From positions 260,944 to 324,943 of the forward strand of contig NIVC01000910.1 of the NCBI GenBank assembly GCA_002269645.1: a DNA stretch of 64,000 bases, in the 5' to 3' direction. The notes under the pieces were generated by a model, which saw nothing but the letters and a program-made list of their open reading frames with translations, made no database searches and was not told the origin of the DNA. This document shows, one piece after another, positions 28,581 to 40,474 of this stretch. The translations under genes and the position numbers were made by a program. Source of the stretch: Macrostomum lignano. Lineage: Eukaryota. The first letter of the stretch is position 1, and each line of letters begins with the position of its first letter.

Positions 28581-29914
28581 TGATATTTTAAGTCCAGTAT
28601 TGTCATCAAAGAGTTGTAAATCTTGTCTTTTATACAGAATGACTATTTTATTACTGGATACTACTACTAGTAGAGCACTTTGCTTGAATTGTTTTTCAAG
28701 TACACCCGACAACTTTTCAGTATATATATTATATTCAATAGTTTCTTATGCTTGCAATTATGAATAACAGCTAAGCACTGCTGTTAACAACTTATTGATT
28801 GACTCCCTATATCTGAGAGTTGATATGCTGCTAAGGATTCGCTACTCCTTTGTGACGTGCTGCTCTGTTTTTGACCTTCTAATTTGGTCTGAAAAATTCT
28901 CTTTATTTGCATTGCAACTCCCAATTATTCTTGTCTTGCCCTTAGCTAAAGTGTCATCGACTTTTCTCCAATACTGTCTTTGAACCTTTTGGGTTGGGGG
29001 CGGCTGAAAGTGCAGTGTTGCTATTTGATTGTGGCGTACAGTGTGTTCTTGTTCTTCAAGGTTGTGCAGGCCTAACTTTTCAAGCTTCTTGAACCGTCAC
29101 CTGAATGTATGATTGATAAAATCATACTTGGTGCTAAAGTCGAAGAGTCATTGGAATGAGTCTCAGAGAAGTGGATTTTGTAGTAGCTATACGGTTAATT
29201 TTAATTGTTATGATATCGATTTTTGTTATTGCTCTATTACTTCCCATATTAGTAACATTATTACAATATTCCTGGGCACATACAAGCGTTATGGCTACAC
29301 ATACAATGCCTTATGGCTTTGGTTAAGTTAAATTTAGTGATACAAGCGTCAAATGCGTCGAGACTACTGACAAATTCGAGTCCAGTAGTTGACTCATCGC
29401 ACCGTGCGTCTCAAGTACCAGCTAATTGGGCCAGGCTGTCTGCATGTGCATATGGATTTTACCCTCGGCCTATTAGTTAATGTTAGCCAATATCTATTCG
29501 AGCGTGTCTATATTAGGCTTGACAGATCTATAGATCTGAGTTGGTTTATTTATATCATATTTTCTAGCCCAATAGGCACTGAAGCGCATGCACTTGCTCT
29601 GCCTTTTCCCATTTTTTTCTTCCATTCACGTTTCTTCCATCTTTAGTTGGTTTCGAGCCTATCTTGATGCGATCAATTTGCTCCGGAATCGCGACTAAAC
29701 CCCAAGGAGAAGGAGAATTTATATAAAGGGTAGAGAAACAGAGGCCCTGGGAAGGTTGCTGAGTCATGGAGCTTTGGATGTAGATTCTGGACCCGAAACG
29801 AGCTGAGATTTTTGTTGCTGCAAAAAAAGCATAACGCGAGATTAACAAAACAATATTTATACAAGTTTAGTAAGAAAAATTAGCCTTGAATAAACCTTCG
29901 ATTAAAAAGAAAAT

Positions 29915-30968
29915 CGGGGGGGGTGATTTAGCTGCCACTCCAGAGTGCTAGTTCTTGAACTCCTTGGCCGATTAGAAAATCGGGGGTGGTGGTGGTTTAG
30001 CTGTAACTCCAGAGTGCTAGTTCTTGAACTCCTTGGCCAATTGGAAAATCGGGGGTGGTGGTGGTTTAGCTGTAACTCCAGAGTGCTAGTTCTAGAACTC
30101 CTTGGCCGATTAGAAAATCGGGGGTGGTGGTGGTTTAGCTGTAACTCCAGAGTGCTAGTTCTAGAACTCCTTGGCCGATTAGAAAATCGGGGGTGGTGGT
30201 GGTTTAGCTGTAACTCCAGAGTGCTAGTTCTAGAACTCCTTGGCCGATTAGAAAATCGGGGGTGGTGGTGGTTTAGCTGTAACTCCAGAGTGCTAGTTCT
30301 TGAACTCCTTGGCCAATTGGAAAATCGGGGGTGGTGGTGGTTTAGCTGTAACTCCAGAGTGCTAGTTCTAGAACTCCTTGGCCGATTAGAAAATCGGGGT
30401 GGTGGTGGTTTAGCTGTAACTCCAGAGTGCTAGTTCTAGAACTCCTTGGCCGATTAGAAAATCGGGGTGGTGGTGGTTTAGCTGTAACTCCAGAGTGCTA
30501 GTTCTAGAACTCCTTGGCCGATTAGAAAATCGGGGGTGGTGGTGGTTTAGCTGTAACTCCAGAGTGCTAGTTCTAGAACTCCTTGGCCGATTAGAAAATC
30601 GGGGGTGGTGGTGGTTTAGCTGTAACTCCAGAGTGCTAGTTCTAGAACTCCTTGGCCGATTAGAAAATCGGGGATGGTTTAGCTGTCACTCCAGAGTGCT
30701 AGTTCTAGAACTCCTTGGCCGATTAGAAAATCGGGGGTGGTGGTGGTTTAGCTGTAACTCCAGAGTGCTAGTTCTAGAACTCCTTGGCCGATTAGATAAT
30801 CGGGGATGGTTTAGCTGTCACTCCAGAGTGCTAGTTCTAGAACTCCTTGGCCGATTAGAAAATCGGGGGTGGTGGTGGTTTAGCTGTAACTCCAGAGTGC
30901 TAGTTCTAGAACTCCTTGGCCGATTAGAAAATCGGGGATGGTTTAGCTGTCACTCCAGGTTCTAGAAC
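29915..30968. repeat. Minisatellite, 69-bp unit (63-bp variants), about 15 copies
   Basis: ctccagagtgctagttctagaactccttggccgattagaaaatcgggggtggtggtggtttagctgtaa. Confidence 0.97.
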
Positions 30969-31679
30969 TCTTTGACCGGCGGAGGCTGCAGAAGTTTCAA
31001 GAACCGGCTGCTGCTGCTGCTGCTGCTGCAGCAATTCTTTTTTCGCAACGATTCTGACTCCCGGTCGCCCGACCCCCCCCCCTTCTTCCGTGTTCCCATC
31101 TGGGGCGGTAGCAAATTTTCCTGCCAGACTGGGGCTTAGGCAAATATTAAGCTGTCGTGACTTGTGTATTAGTAGCCGCCTCCCTGCGGCCGCCCGCCCC
31201 GTCATGCAGTTATACGGTCTCAGCTTCTGAGCTTCATCATCTTCATAATTCTCTCTAGTCTGCCCCAAGTCAGTTTTTTGCCACAAATATGCAGCTGCTA
31301 CCGGTCTTGAGATCCGCTTCGACTTTGGGAATTATTATATCCGCTCTGTCATCTCTTCCCCGCTCCCGTGTCGTCTTGCCCCCCCCCCCCCAGAATCCTT
31401 GGATGTATCTGTTGCTAGCCACTGACGTCTCAAATCTTTTTGATCAAAGCAGAGTCTGATAGCATTCTCAGGCCGGATTTGATGAGATTTTTATTCTTTC
31501 AAGGCTTTAGAATGTCGCTGCGGGCATCCCGCTGGGATCCAGCTAATTCTTCCCTAGATTGGGATCTCATCTCGCGTATCAACATATTCATCATCTTAAT
31601 AATTCTTGCCATGATTTAGTGCCATGATTTAGAATCTCACACCGATCCTTATCTTCTCAGATTCATTATGAGTTCGGAT

Positions 31680-32170
31680 TATCCGATTGGAATTTTGATT
31701 CTGAGATTGGAATTTTGGTTCTCAGATTGGACTTTCGGTTTTCAGATTGGACTTTCGGTTCTCAGATTGGAATTTCGGTTCTCAGATTGAAATTTAGATT
31801 CTCAAATTGGAATTTCGGTTCTCGGATTGAAAATTCGGTTCTCAAATTGGAATTTCGGTTCTCGGATTGGAAATTCGGTTTTCAGATTGGAATTTCGATT
31901 CTCAGATTGGAAATTCGATTTTCAGATAGGAATTTCTGTTCTCAGATTGGAATTTCGGTTGTCAGATTGGAATTTCGGTTCTCAGATTGGAATTGCGGTT
32001 GTCAGATTGGAGTCTTAGAATTCGGTGTTTAGATTGGAATTTCGGTTCTCAGATTGGAATTGCGGTTGTCAGATTGGAGTCTTAGAATTCGGTGTTTAGA
32101 TTGGAATTTCGGTTCTCAAAGTAAAATTTGATTCTCAGATTGGAAACCCGCATTCTCAGATTCGATAACT
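31680..32170. repeat. Minisatellite, 20-bp unit
   Basis: ttctcagattggaatttcgg repeated. Confidence 0.93.
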
Positions 32171-32844
32171 GGGATCTTAAATTCGGTTTTTCAGGCGAGT
32201 TGGGATCCTAAGGCCAAAATTCTTCCTCAGATTTGAATGAATCAGCAATTTTTTCTCTGCCTACCGCCAGCTACCAGCACCCCATCGGATTGGAACTAGC
32301 AAGCAGGCAAATGGTTCCCTATGTGGCCGGATCCTCGCTGCTAGGCGTTTACCTTAGCGTTTTTTAAAGCTTTGGTGCAAACACGCTGTCTGGAGCCGGG
32401 GCCGCAGAAAATCTTGCACCTGTTTTCAATTCGTCTGCTGATTTCTAGTTGACCTTTCTATATACATACCAACTCGATTTTGCTCCCATTCCTCTTGGGA
32501 TCGATGGGCGATCGGAGCGCGCGCATAAACCCCAGAGGAGTCTGGGGATATTGAGACCCCACATGACTCATTTGCATATTTTTGTTTCTACCCGTCGATT
32601 CGAGTTCACCTCGTTGGTGTCGCATTGAAAATCTAATTAGCATTATTCTCTACTTTTGGATCTTGGCTGACAACCAACTGCATTTGGCTGCTGGATTTGT
32701 TGGCGATGAATTTCTGCTGCTGCAATCTTTGTCCCGGTTCTGTGACGGCCAAGTCCGGATTAGGCTGTTTGGATTATTCAAACTCCTGCTGGCAAAATCT
32801 GCTTCATCTGCTCAGACTGATCTGTCGGGAATTTTCCTGTATTT

Positions 32845-33290
32845 TGGAGTCTCAGATTTCGGATCTGGAATTCGGAATCTCAGATTTCGGATCTGGAATT
32901 CGGAGTCTTAGTTTTCGGATCTGGAATTCGGAGTCTCAGATTTCGGATCTGGAATTCGGAGTCTCAGATTTCGGGTCTGGAATTCGGAGTCTCAGATTTC
33001 GGATCTGGAATTCGGAGTCTCAGATTTCGGATCTGAAATTCGGAATCTCAGATTTCGGATCTGGAATTCGGAATCTCAGATTTCGGATCTGGAATTCGGA
33101 GTCTTAGTTTTCGGATCTGGAATTCGGAGTCTCAGATTTCGGATCTGGAATTCGGAGTCTCAGATTTCGGATCTGGAATTCGGAGTCTCAGATTTCGGAT
33201 CTGGAATTCGGAGTCTCAGATCTCAGAATCGGGATTTGGGATCTCCAACTTGTGCTCTCAAATTCGGGATTTGGGATCTGGAATTTGTGA
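32845..33290. repeat. Minisatellite, 28-bp unit
   Basis: ggatctggaattcggagtctcagatttc repeated. Confidence 0.95.
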
Positions 33291-33634
33291 TCATATTTAC
33301 GGGCGTACGGACACTACAGTCCAATTTCCTAATGCCAATCTAGTTCAGCCCTTGCGAGAATGACCAGAGCAGTTTTTTGTCCCGAGTTGCTGCTTACAGG
33401 AGTGGGTGTCGCACCGATGGAAATGCTTTGGATGGCAGAACTGTCGAGGCCGCGGATTAATTAATTGCTACGCGCGCGTCCAGCGGTTCCCAATTTTATG
33501 TATTTGCTCTCTTCAAAACCGGATTTATTGAAGAGCCTTGTAATAAAGTGAGCAAGGATTATTTTGGGTTGCGGTTTAATTCAGTCAGCAGTTGATGCCC
33601 TTTGATTTATTGGCTGTAGTGTATTGCTGCTACA

Positions 33635-33905
33635 GGGGAGGATGTAGCCTAGTGGTTAGAGCGTCGGACTTACGACTTGAAGGTCGGAGGTTCGATTTCC
33701 GATCCCACTAGAACAACTTGTGTCCTTGAGCAATGGGTGCCAGCATTAGCTGGGGTAATTGAGGGTGTGTGGTGACCCCCCAGTCCTTGGACTGAATAGC
33801 CGGACGCAGCCTTCAGATGTGCCGTGCAATAGCTGCGGCTGAGCTGTCGGTTGCACATCTGGTCATTAGGGCAGGTGTAATCAATTATTGTTATTAATAT
33901 TATTC
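33635..33905 (+). mobile_element. tRNA-derived CORE-type SINE, full head, 42-bp deletion in the core
   Basis: A box TAGCCTAGTGG and B box GGTTCGATT; gagcaa is joined directly to tgggtgccag; (ATT)-rich tail. Confidence 0.87.
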
Positions 33906-34202
33906 TTATCTGCCAGAATTATGTGTCAGTAATAAAAGTTTGATATCTCACCTCTTGTAACATGGAACTTTGGATCGATGTAAAAATGCTATCCACTGGA
34001 ACTATGCATCAAACATATGCACTTTTTTCTACTTCTTCTCTTCAGGGCTTGTGTAGATGGCCTGCTGCCATTTTTGATCTATAATTCTTTTGAGTAAAGA
34101 CTCACAGACAGACAGCTGCGCTTTCTTGGTTCTGGCACGCAAGTGCCTGCAACAGCGTATCATTGGCTTCTCTCTATATCCCCTGCTGTTCCACAAGGTC
34201 TA

Positions 34203-35050
34203 TCATCTGGATTTGTGATTCGGGATCTGGAATCCATGATCTGGATTTGTGATTCGGGATCTGGGATCCATGATCTGGATTTGTGATTCGGGATGTGGGA
34301 TCCATGATCTGGATTTGTGATTCGGGATCTGGGATCCATGATCTGGATTTGTGATTCGGGATGTGGGATCCATGATCTGGATTTGTGATTTGGGATCTGG
34401 GATCCATTTTCTGGATTTGTGATTCGGGATCTGGGATCCATGATCTGGATTTGTGATTCGGGATCTGGGATCCATGATCTGGATTTGTGATTCGGGATCT
34501 GGGATCCATTTTCTGGATTTGTGATTCGGGATCTGGGATCCATGATCTGGATTTGTGATTCGGGATGTGAGATCCATGATCTGGATTTGTAATTAAGGAT
34601 CTGGGATCCATGATCTGGATTTGTGATTCGGGATCTGGGATCCATGATCTGGATTTGTGATTCGGGATGTGGGATCCATGATCTGGATTTGTGATTCGGG
34701 ATCTGGGATCCATGATCTGGATTTGTGATTCGGGATGTGGGATCCATGATCTGGATTTGTGATTCGGGATCTGGAATCCATGATCTGGATTTGTAATTCG
34801 GGATGTGGGACCCATGATCTGGATTTGTGATTCGGGATCTGGGATCCATGATCTGGATTTGTGATTCGGGATGTGGGACCCATGATCTGGATTTGTGATT
34901 CGGGATCTGGGATCCATGATCTGGATTTGTGATTCGGGATCTGGGATCCATGATCTGGATTTGTGATTCGGGATGTGGGACCCATGATCTGGATTTGTAA
35001 TTAAGGATCTGGGATCCATGATCTGGATTTGTAATTCGGAATCTGGAATC
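34203..35050. repeat. Minisatellite, 34-bp unit
   Basis: gggatccatgatctggatttgtgattcgggatct repeated. Confidence 0.97.
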
Positions 35051-36331
35051 GGACGTTTGAGCTTTCCTAGAAAAGCTTTCTCGCTTTCAATATAAGAAGT
35101 CAAGTAAAGTTTGTGGTTGCTGTCCTTTAGCCTGAATGTCAGCTAAGCTGCCCCTCGCTGGACGGTGCCTAAGTCGGGGAGAGAGAGATAGGGAAGAGAG
35201 TGGGTGGGACTCTCTCAGCTCTTAGTTTCGGATAAATCAATCAAGTTTTCCGTCGCCGGAGGGTCTCAAAAGTGACTCGAGTGCACATTGTAACTAACTA
35301 GTAAGTTGTTACTCGCCTTCGCCATCGATACTCCTATATATACACGAGTGAGTTGCTAGCTGCAAACACTGTGCCAGAGTGTGCGAACTCTTTTCCAGGT
35401 GAGCATATTTTTTATTCCTGACTCGAAAATCTATGCTAGTTCCGCAGCACCGCACCGCTAAAAAAACGGTTCGTAGAGCCAACAAAAAATAATGCAAGCT
35501 AAATCCATCGGCGCATATGCAGACAAGTGCTAGTATAGACGTGCTTATGACGTTTGAATCGGTTCTCTGGAATCTCTGGAATACTTCAGCGAAACATCTG
35601 TATAAATATAAATATGAGTGTTACAGCTTCCTGGGATTATTCGTGCATTTTTTGAAATGTATTCAATGCAGCTGTCAGATGATCAAACTTGAATGTATTT
35701 AACTCTGTCAGAGCGGAGACGCAACTAGACTCAGGATGATGACCAGCGATGCCTTCTAGTTCAGTTTATTTCCGAAGGTACGAGTAGATCAGGAAACTGT
35801 CGGCATTCTGTGGCTGTAGAGACACCCCGTCCCGGATATTGTTTAACCGTCCAGATGTCGCGATCACTTGGACATCCGTTGTTCATTGTCCGTCTAGTTG
35901 ATAGATAATGAAGAAGCGTTATTGCTCTTTTACGCGTATGCCGTGTATGATTGGGAAATAGTTGACCCAGAAAGGATAGCTGAAATTCACCCGGAGTAAG
36001 ATCCTCGCGAGTGCAAAAGCAAGCTTACTCTTGTTGTTCACATCTTTCGCACTGGCATCGGGTAACTGCTCATTACGCGCTACGTTATTGCTTCTACCAG
36101 TAATTAAGCAGCATAAAAACTATTGGTGCAATGTTGCTTAATTCGCAACTTAAAAGCTTAAAACAAGAGAAAATCGGTTTTCAACGCCAAGTGTTACCTT
36201 CGAAGCCTTTTTGGTAGCGGTGCGCAGTAGAAAGTCAATTAGGGGTTAGGCGAGTGACGAAGACCGAACGCAGAACGTGGGCACAAAGCAGCGAGCAGGG
36301 GAGCAACCCCAAACTCCAAAAAGCAGGCGAG

Positions 36332-36855
36332 TCAGAGGGGAGAGGAGGCAAATGATGAACAGTAGGAGCCAAGGCAAGCAGACATAGATCGACGGGCCGC
36401 TAGGTTACCGGCATTGCCATCAGAGATGTACCGCGAAACCGCCGAGCTGCGCCAATCTCCCAGCAGCTTGATGCGGTCCACGCTCAGCCGAGCATTGAAA
36501 GCAAACGTCGCTCCACCACGCCGGAGCGAGTGCGCCGAGAAGCTAGAAGCTTCCAGTCCGGCCTTGCAGAACAGGCGATGCAGGCGGTGGCGACCCCCCC
36601 GCTGAGTCAGAGGCCGCCAGGATCGCGGCGCTGATGAAACTGAGAATATGGGCAGACTGTGAGACGCATCAAAAAGGCGATTCAGCTGCCAGTGATGTCG
36701 GAGCGCAGCCACAGGACACAATCTGAGAGCAGCTGCTGAGCTCGGGCCCATAACCGGGAGCTGGATGGTGTGAATGCGCTCACCGAACTGCACTGTCTTT
36801 GAACGGGCTACAAAGATGGTGTGCGACACCGCGAGCAGAGCACAAGCTGGGGGTT
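36332..36855 (-). mobile_element. Tyrosine recombinase C-terminal fragment of a DIRS/Ngaro-type (or Crypton) element
   Basis: RSKTVQF...LCPVAAL...SAHSLRRGGATFAF...IKLLGDWRSSAVSRY includes the K, HxxR, W and catalytic Y motifs; the frame is closed upstream at about 36855, so the N-terminal half is missing. Confidence 0.85.
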
Positions 36856-38087
36856 AAAAGCTAGCCGCCCCGCGACAACCCCCCCAACGCAGACGCCACC
36901 CCGCCACCCCTAACACACTTTGTACGCGGCCTACGGCCGCCCACAAAGCACACCTACAGAATAATATTTAGTACTACAAGAAGTACAGGCTTACGTTTCT
37001 TCTTCCGCTAGAGGTATTAGTTTCTGTAACCTTTCTAACGGTCATGTAAGCTGCCTGTTAAACAAGCGTCAGTATAATTAATAATTAATAAGATTCCGAG
37101 CTACTGGCCGGCTCAGAAATGTGTTGCGCGTGAGCACAGTCTGGATTTTTGCCCGATTGTTTATTGATTTACATTTCATCGCGAAACAAGAACACGCCAC
37201 ACGCGCTCTGCCTCCGCTGGTTGGGCTTAGATGACCCTGTATGCTTCGCTCTTAGACGACTATATTTAGCTCCATGCAGGTCTCGCTGGCTTCCTTCGTG
37301 CATTGATTTCGCATTGCGATGGACATTTCTCGTCCAACGATTTCCCATTTCCATCTGTCTGTTGTTGTTACCCTAGCAGCACTTTCCTACTAGCTACTTG
37401 CCAGCGAATCCAACTTCAAAATTGATACAAGGAAATGTATTAAATCGATAATTATTAATTTCAAGCTTGCTGAGTAACAACCAAGTGATTCTTCACCAGT
37501 CGAGGGTAGTCCTCATTTATTGATGTGCGTGCAAGCAGCTTGCAAACACGAAAGTTAATGATTGTCGCGGTGAGCTTATCGCTATTATCTATGAGCGTAT
37601 TCTTGGAAATGGATAATGAGAACGAGGAGCTTCCCAATGCACTTGGCCCTATATCCATGCCTACTTTCCCCATCAAACCTCGATGTCGTGATTGTCGCTC
37701 CTCCGAATCAGCTTCAGTTTTCTTCCTTCGCCTTGCCCCTGCGTCTATTCCGAGGTAGTCCCAGTCTACCCCTAAGTCGCCTTCTCCTTCCTCGCTCTTC
37801 GAGCTGTTCCTTCAGCTGCGGATTTCCCCTGCAGATTAACTTAGTCTACGCCCTATCGTCGCGTCCTTGCGCAGGCCTGTTTGCGATTATTGGCTGTCAG
37901 TTTGTCCTACCTCTCTCTTTCGAAGTCTCCCGTCTCCTCCAAACTATGCGACCCAAAGCTACTCTCTGCTAGTAGGCAAAGAGCGCGTCTGGCCCTGCGC
38001 AGCGCAACTAGGAATCTAGGCATAGACGAGGAGTAGGAAGGGGTCCGGGAGACACGCATGATAGGAGAGAGAGAAAGAGGAGGGTGA

Positions 38088-38108
38088 GGGGCGGGGCGAT
38101 ATAAATAG
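38088..38108 (+). promoter_or_regulatory. GC box plus TATA-like element, candidate internal promoter
   Basis: ggggcggggc followed by tataaatag, about 0.95 kb upstream of the ATG at 39051. Motif match only. Confidence 0.3.
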
Positions 38109-39050
38109 CGAGTTGAGTGGGGAGGCCCAGCCGTTTCCATGCCCTATACTTTTCTCCAGCTGCCCTTGTGAGCGCGCTTTGGTCTTAGTCTTTTCCCCTC
38201 TCCTTATTCCTTTATTGCTTTCTTAGTTCAAACTCTCCAGCGCTCCCAGCCTGCCTAACAGTCACTTGTTTCACTCTGGCCTGTCGTGAAATCTACTCTT
38301 CAACTCTCTTACCCCCGTAGCCTCGTCCTCTTGGTCCCAGCTGCCTGAAGAATTTAAACCCCGCCTCCTGCCTCGCTACCGCATCCATTTGTCGGAATTC
38401 CCCCAGTCCAGTCCCGGCATCCGCTTCTCCCTTATCCCCGCCTCCCGTTAATCCTCGCAACCTAAGGGGTGAGCAAATTCGCCCTCAACAGCCGTTCCGT
38501 GCTCAAGTGGCCGCCGCTGCTCCCACACACTACTGGGGGCGGCGGCCGTAGAACGAGCGACAAGCAGCGCCGGTCCAACTCACCGAGGGGTGGCGGCCCG
38601 CTAATCCCCAGCCTACAGGCGATCCCCACCTCTCCGCCATCTCTCCGCTCCGCTTCTACTTCTCCCTTCCTGTTCCCCTTTTCCGCCTCCTTGGCAGTTC
38701 AGCTTCGTTCAATTTAAAAATTTAACAGAGCACAACTCCTAACCAGTCCGGTCCAATCCCATTGCCCCGTATTTTACTCAACTGGCTGCTCCCCCGTCAG
38801 CGCAGCTATTCTCGCAGCCGCCTCCCAGCAGATAGCGGAGAAAACCGGACACCAAAATTGTAGAGAAATACTCACTGGTCCGACCCAGGCCTCCTTATAC
38901 CCTCCCCTGTCGCGTGGATGGGGCCGAATAATTAATGGACCCCGGACACTGTCAGCTTACCGGCACCGGCATCTGGCGCGACTGACCCGGCACCGCCAAG
39001 CACCTGTTTAGCCGTTCTGTGTCTGCTTCTCTGGGTCTAATAATAATAAT

Positions 39051-40474
39051 ATGGACCTTCGCGGAGACCAACAGTGCCATCATCAGCAGCAGCAGCAGCA
39101 ACCACAGCAGCAGCAGCAGCAGGCCCAGCAACAGCCGCCGGAGTTAGACTGGGTTCGCCTGGCCGAAGCGCTCCGCATCTCCTTAGCAGCCTGCGGTGCA
39201 GTCAAAGTTTCCCAACAGTCCTCGGCCGCCTCCGCCACCGCTGAGCTGCCCTGCCCAGCGCAGCATTCGCAGCTGCCGCCGCCGCCTCCGCCACAGCAGT
39301 TTGCCGATCAGCACTATCCCGCAGCCTGTCCCCAGCTGGCCTCAGCCTCTGTGGTCTGGCCAACCGCGCTAGCCAACTCGCTGCACTCAGTTGCGTCAAA
39401 TGGCGCCGGATCGACCTGCACCTGTCATAGCGGAGCCGGCGGCTGCTACCAGCAGCACCAGCCGCAGGCGCATCTGCCGCCGCAGAACCTCGCATACACC
39501 TGCACGTGCAGCGCCGCGCCGCCTCCTCAGACACCACAGCAGCCACCGCCGCCCCCGCCAGATCAGCGGTTGTTGGCGGTGGCAGCCTCCTGGGACAATC
39601 TATGCTCCACCCTGCGCCCCCTGCTGCACCAGTGCACCTGCCATCAGAGCCAGCCAAACATCTTCAGCGCCGCGGCGGCGCCCTGCCAATCGGCTGTCGA
39701 CGATTCCCTGTTTCAGTCGCTGCCTCCGCTGATGCTGTCCTCCTTGCACCACAGCCGGTGCGGGGGTGACTCTGCAGCGGCAACGACCGCCGCGGCGCTG
39801 GTGACGCCTACTCCTTCCATTCGCGAGCCAGCGTCCACAGCGGCCGGGGCAGCGGTGGCGGCCACTACCACTTTAACTCCCCCGTCGGCACGGCTGCCTC
39901 GACGCCGGCGCACCGGTGGGTGCCCCGAGCCGCTCTGGACCGGCTGTCGGCCTGCTACTCGGACAGTCGCGAGCAGCTCCGGCGGCCCAGCGGCGGCTCC
40001 CCGGCCAGGCATTCCAGCCTGACGGCTTCGTCTATTCAGCGCCGACCGCCGCCCGCTCAGCCGTCGGTCTCCGTCAGCGCCGACGTCTCCGCGGCCGTTG
40101 AAGCCGATGCTGAGAGCCGCGCCAGCTGTTGCAGCAGCGGCGCCAACAGCGGCAGCAGCGCGCCGCAGAGTCCCCGCCGCGCCTACCTGTCAGCCAGGGA
40201 CACCGCGCTGCTGCTCTACGGCATCGTCAATTCGGCCGCTTCTGCCGGCGCCGCGGCGGCTGCCGCTTCAAACTCAATGCCCGTCGACTACGAGCAGATT
40301 TCGCCGTCGCTTCATCAGCCACAGCATCAGCAGCAGCCTTCAGCAAATCAACAGGGACAAGCAATGTCGACTGTTTCGCCAAACATGATAGCCGCATCAA
40401 GCGCTGCCGTTGTCGCCTCCGTGATGGATTTGGGCGCCGAGGAGGTCGGCCTGATCAGCCAGCGGCTTTGCCAG
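39051..40474 (+). CDS. Candidate alternative first exon (or cassette exon) of CASK; Q/P/A/S-rich, with a frame discontinuity near 39770
   Basis: GC-rich coding-like island in the 23-kb intron. ATG at 39051 opens a 323-codon frame; a second frame is open from 39770 to a CAG|gtaaca donor at 40474/40475, in phase 0 like the acceptor at 51112. Confidence 0.55.

Noticed and set aside
33635-33710. SINE heads as real tRNA genes
   Set aside because: Poor acceptor stems, no terminator, and each continues into a shared SINE body.
35706-36045. Possible solo LTR on the minus strand (AATAAA about 55 nt before a TGACA end)
   Set aside because: Only one end looks LTR-like; no matching TG...CA partner end with a convincing TSD.
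39760-39890. Programmed -1 frameshift or a 12-20-nt micro-intron repairing the 39-40 kb frame
   Set aside because: No X-XXY-YYZ heptamer (TTTAAC is incomplete); 20 nt is far below the smallest introns seen here (73 nt).
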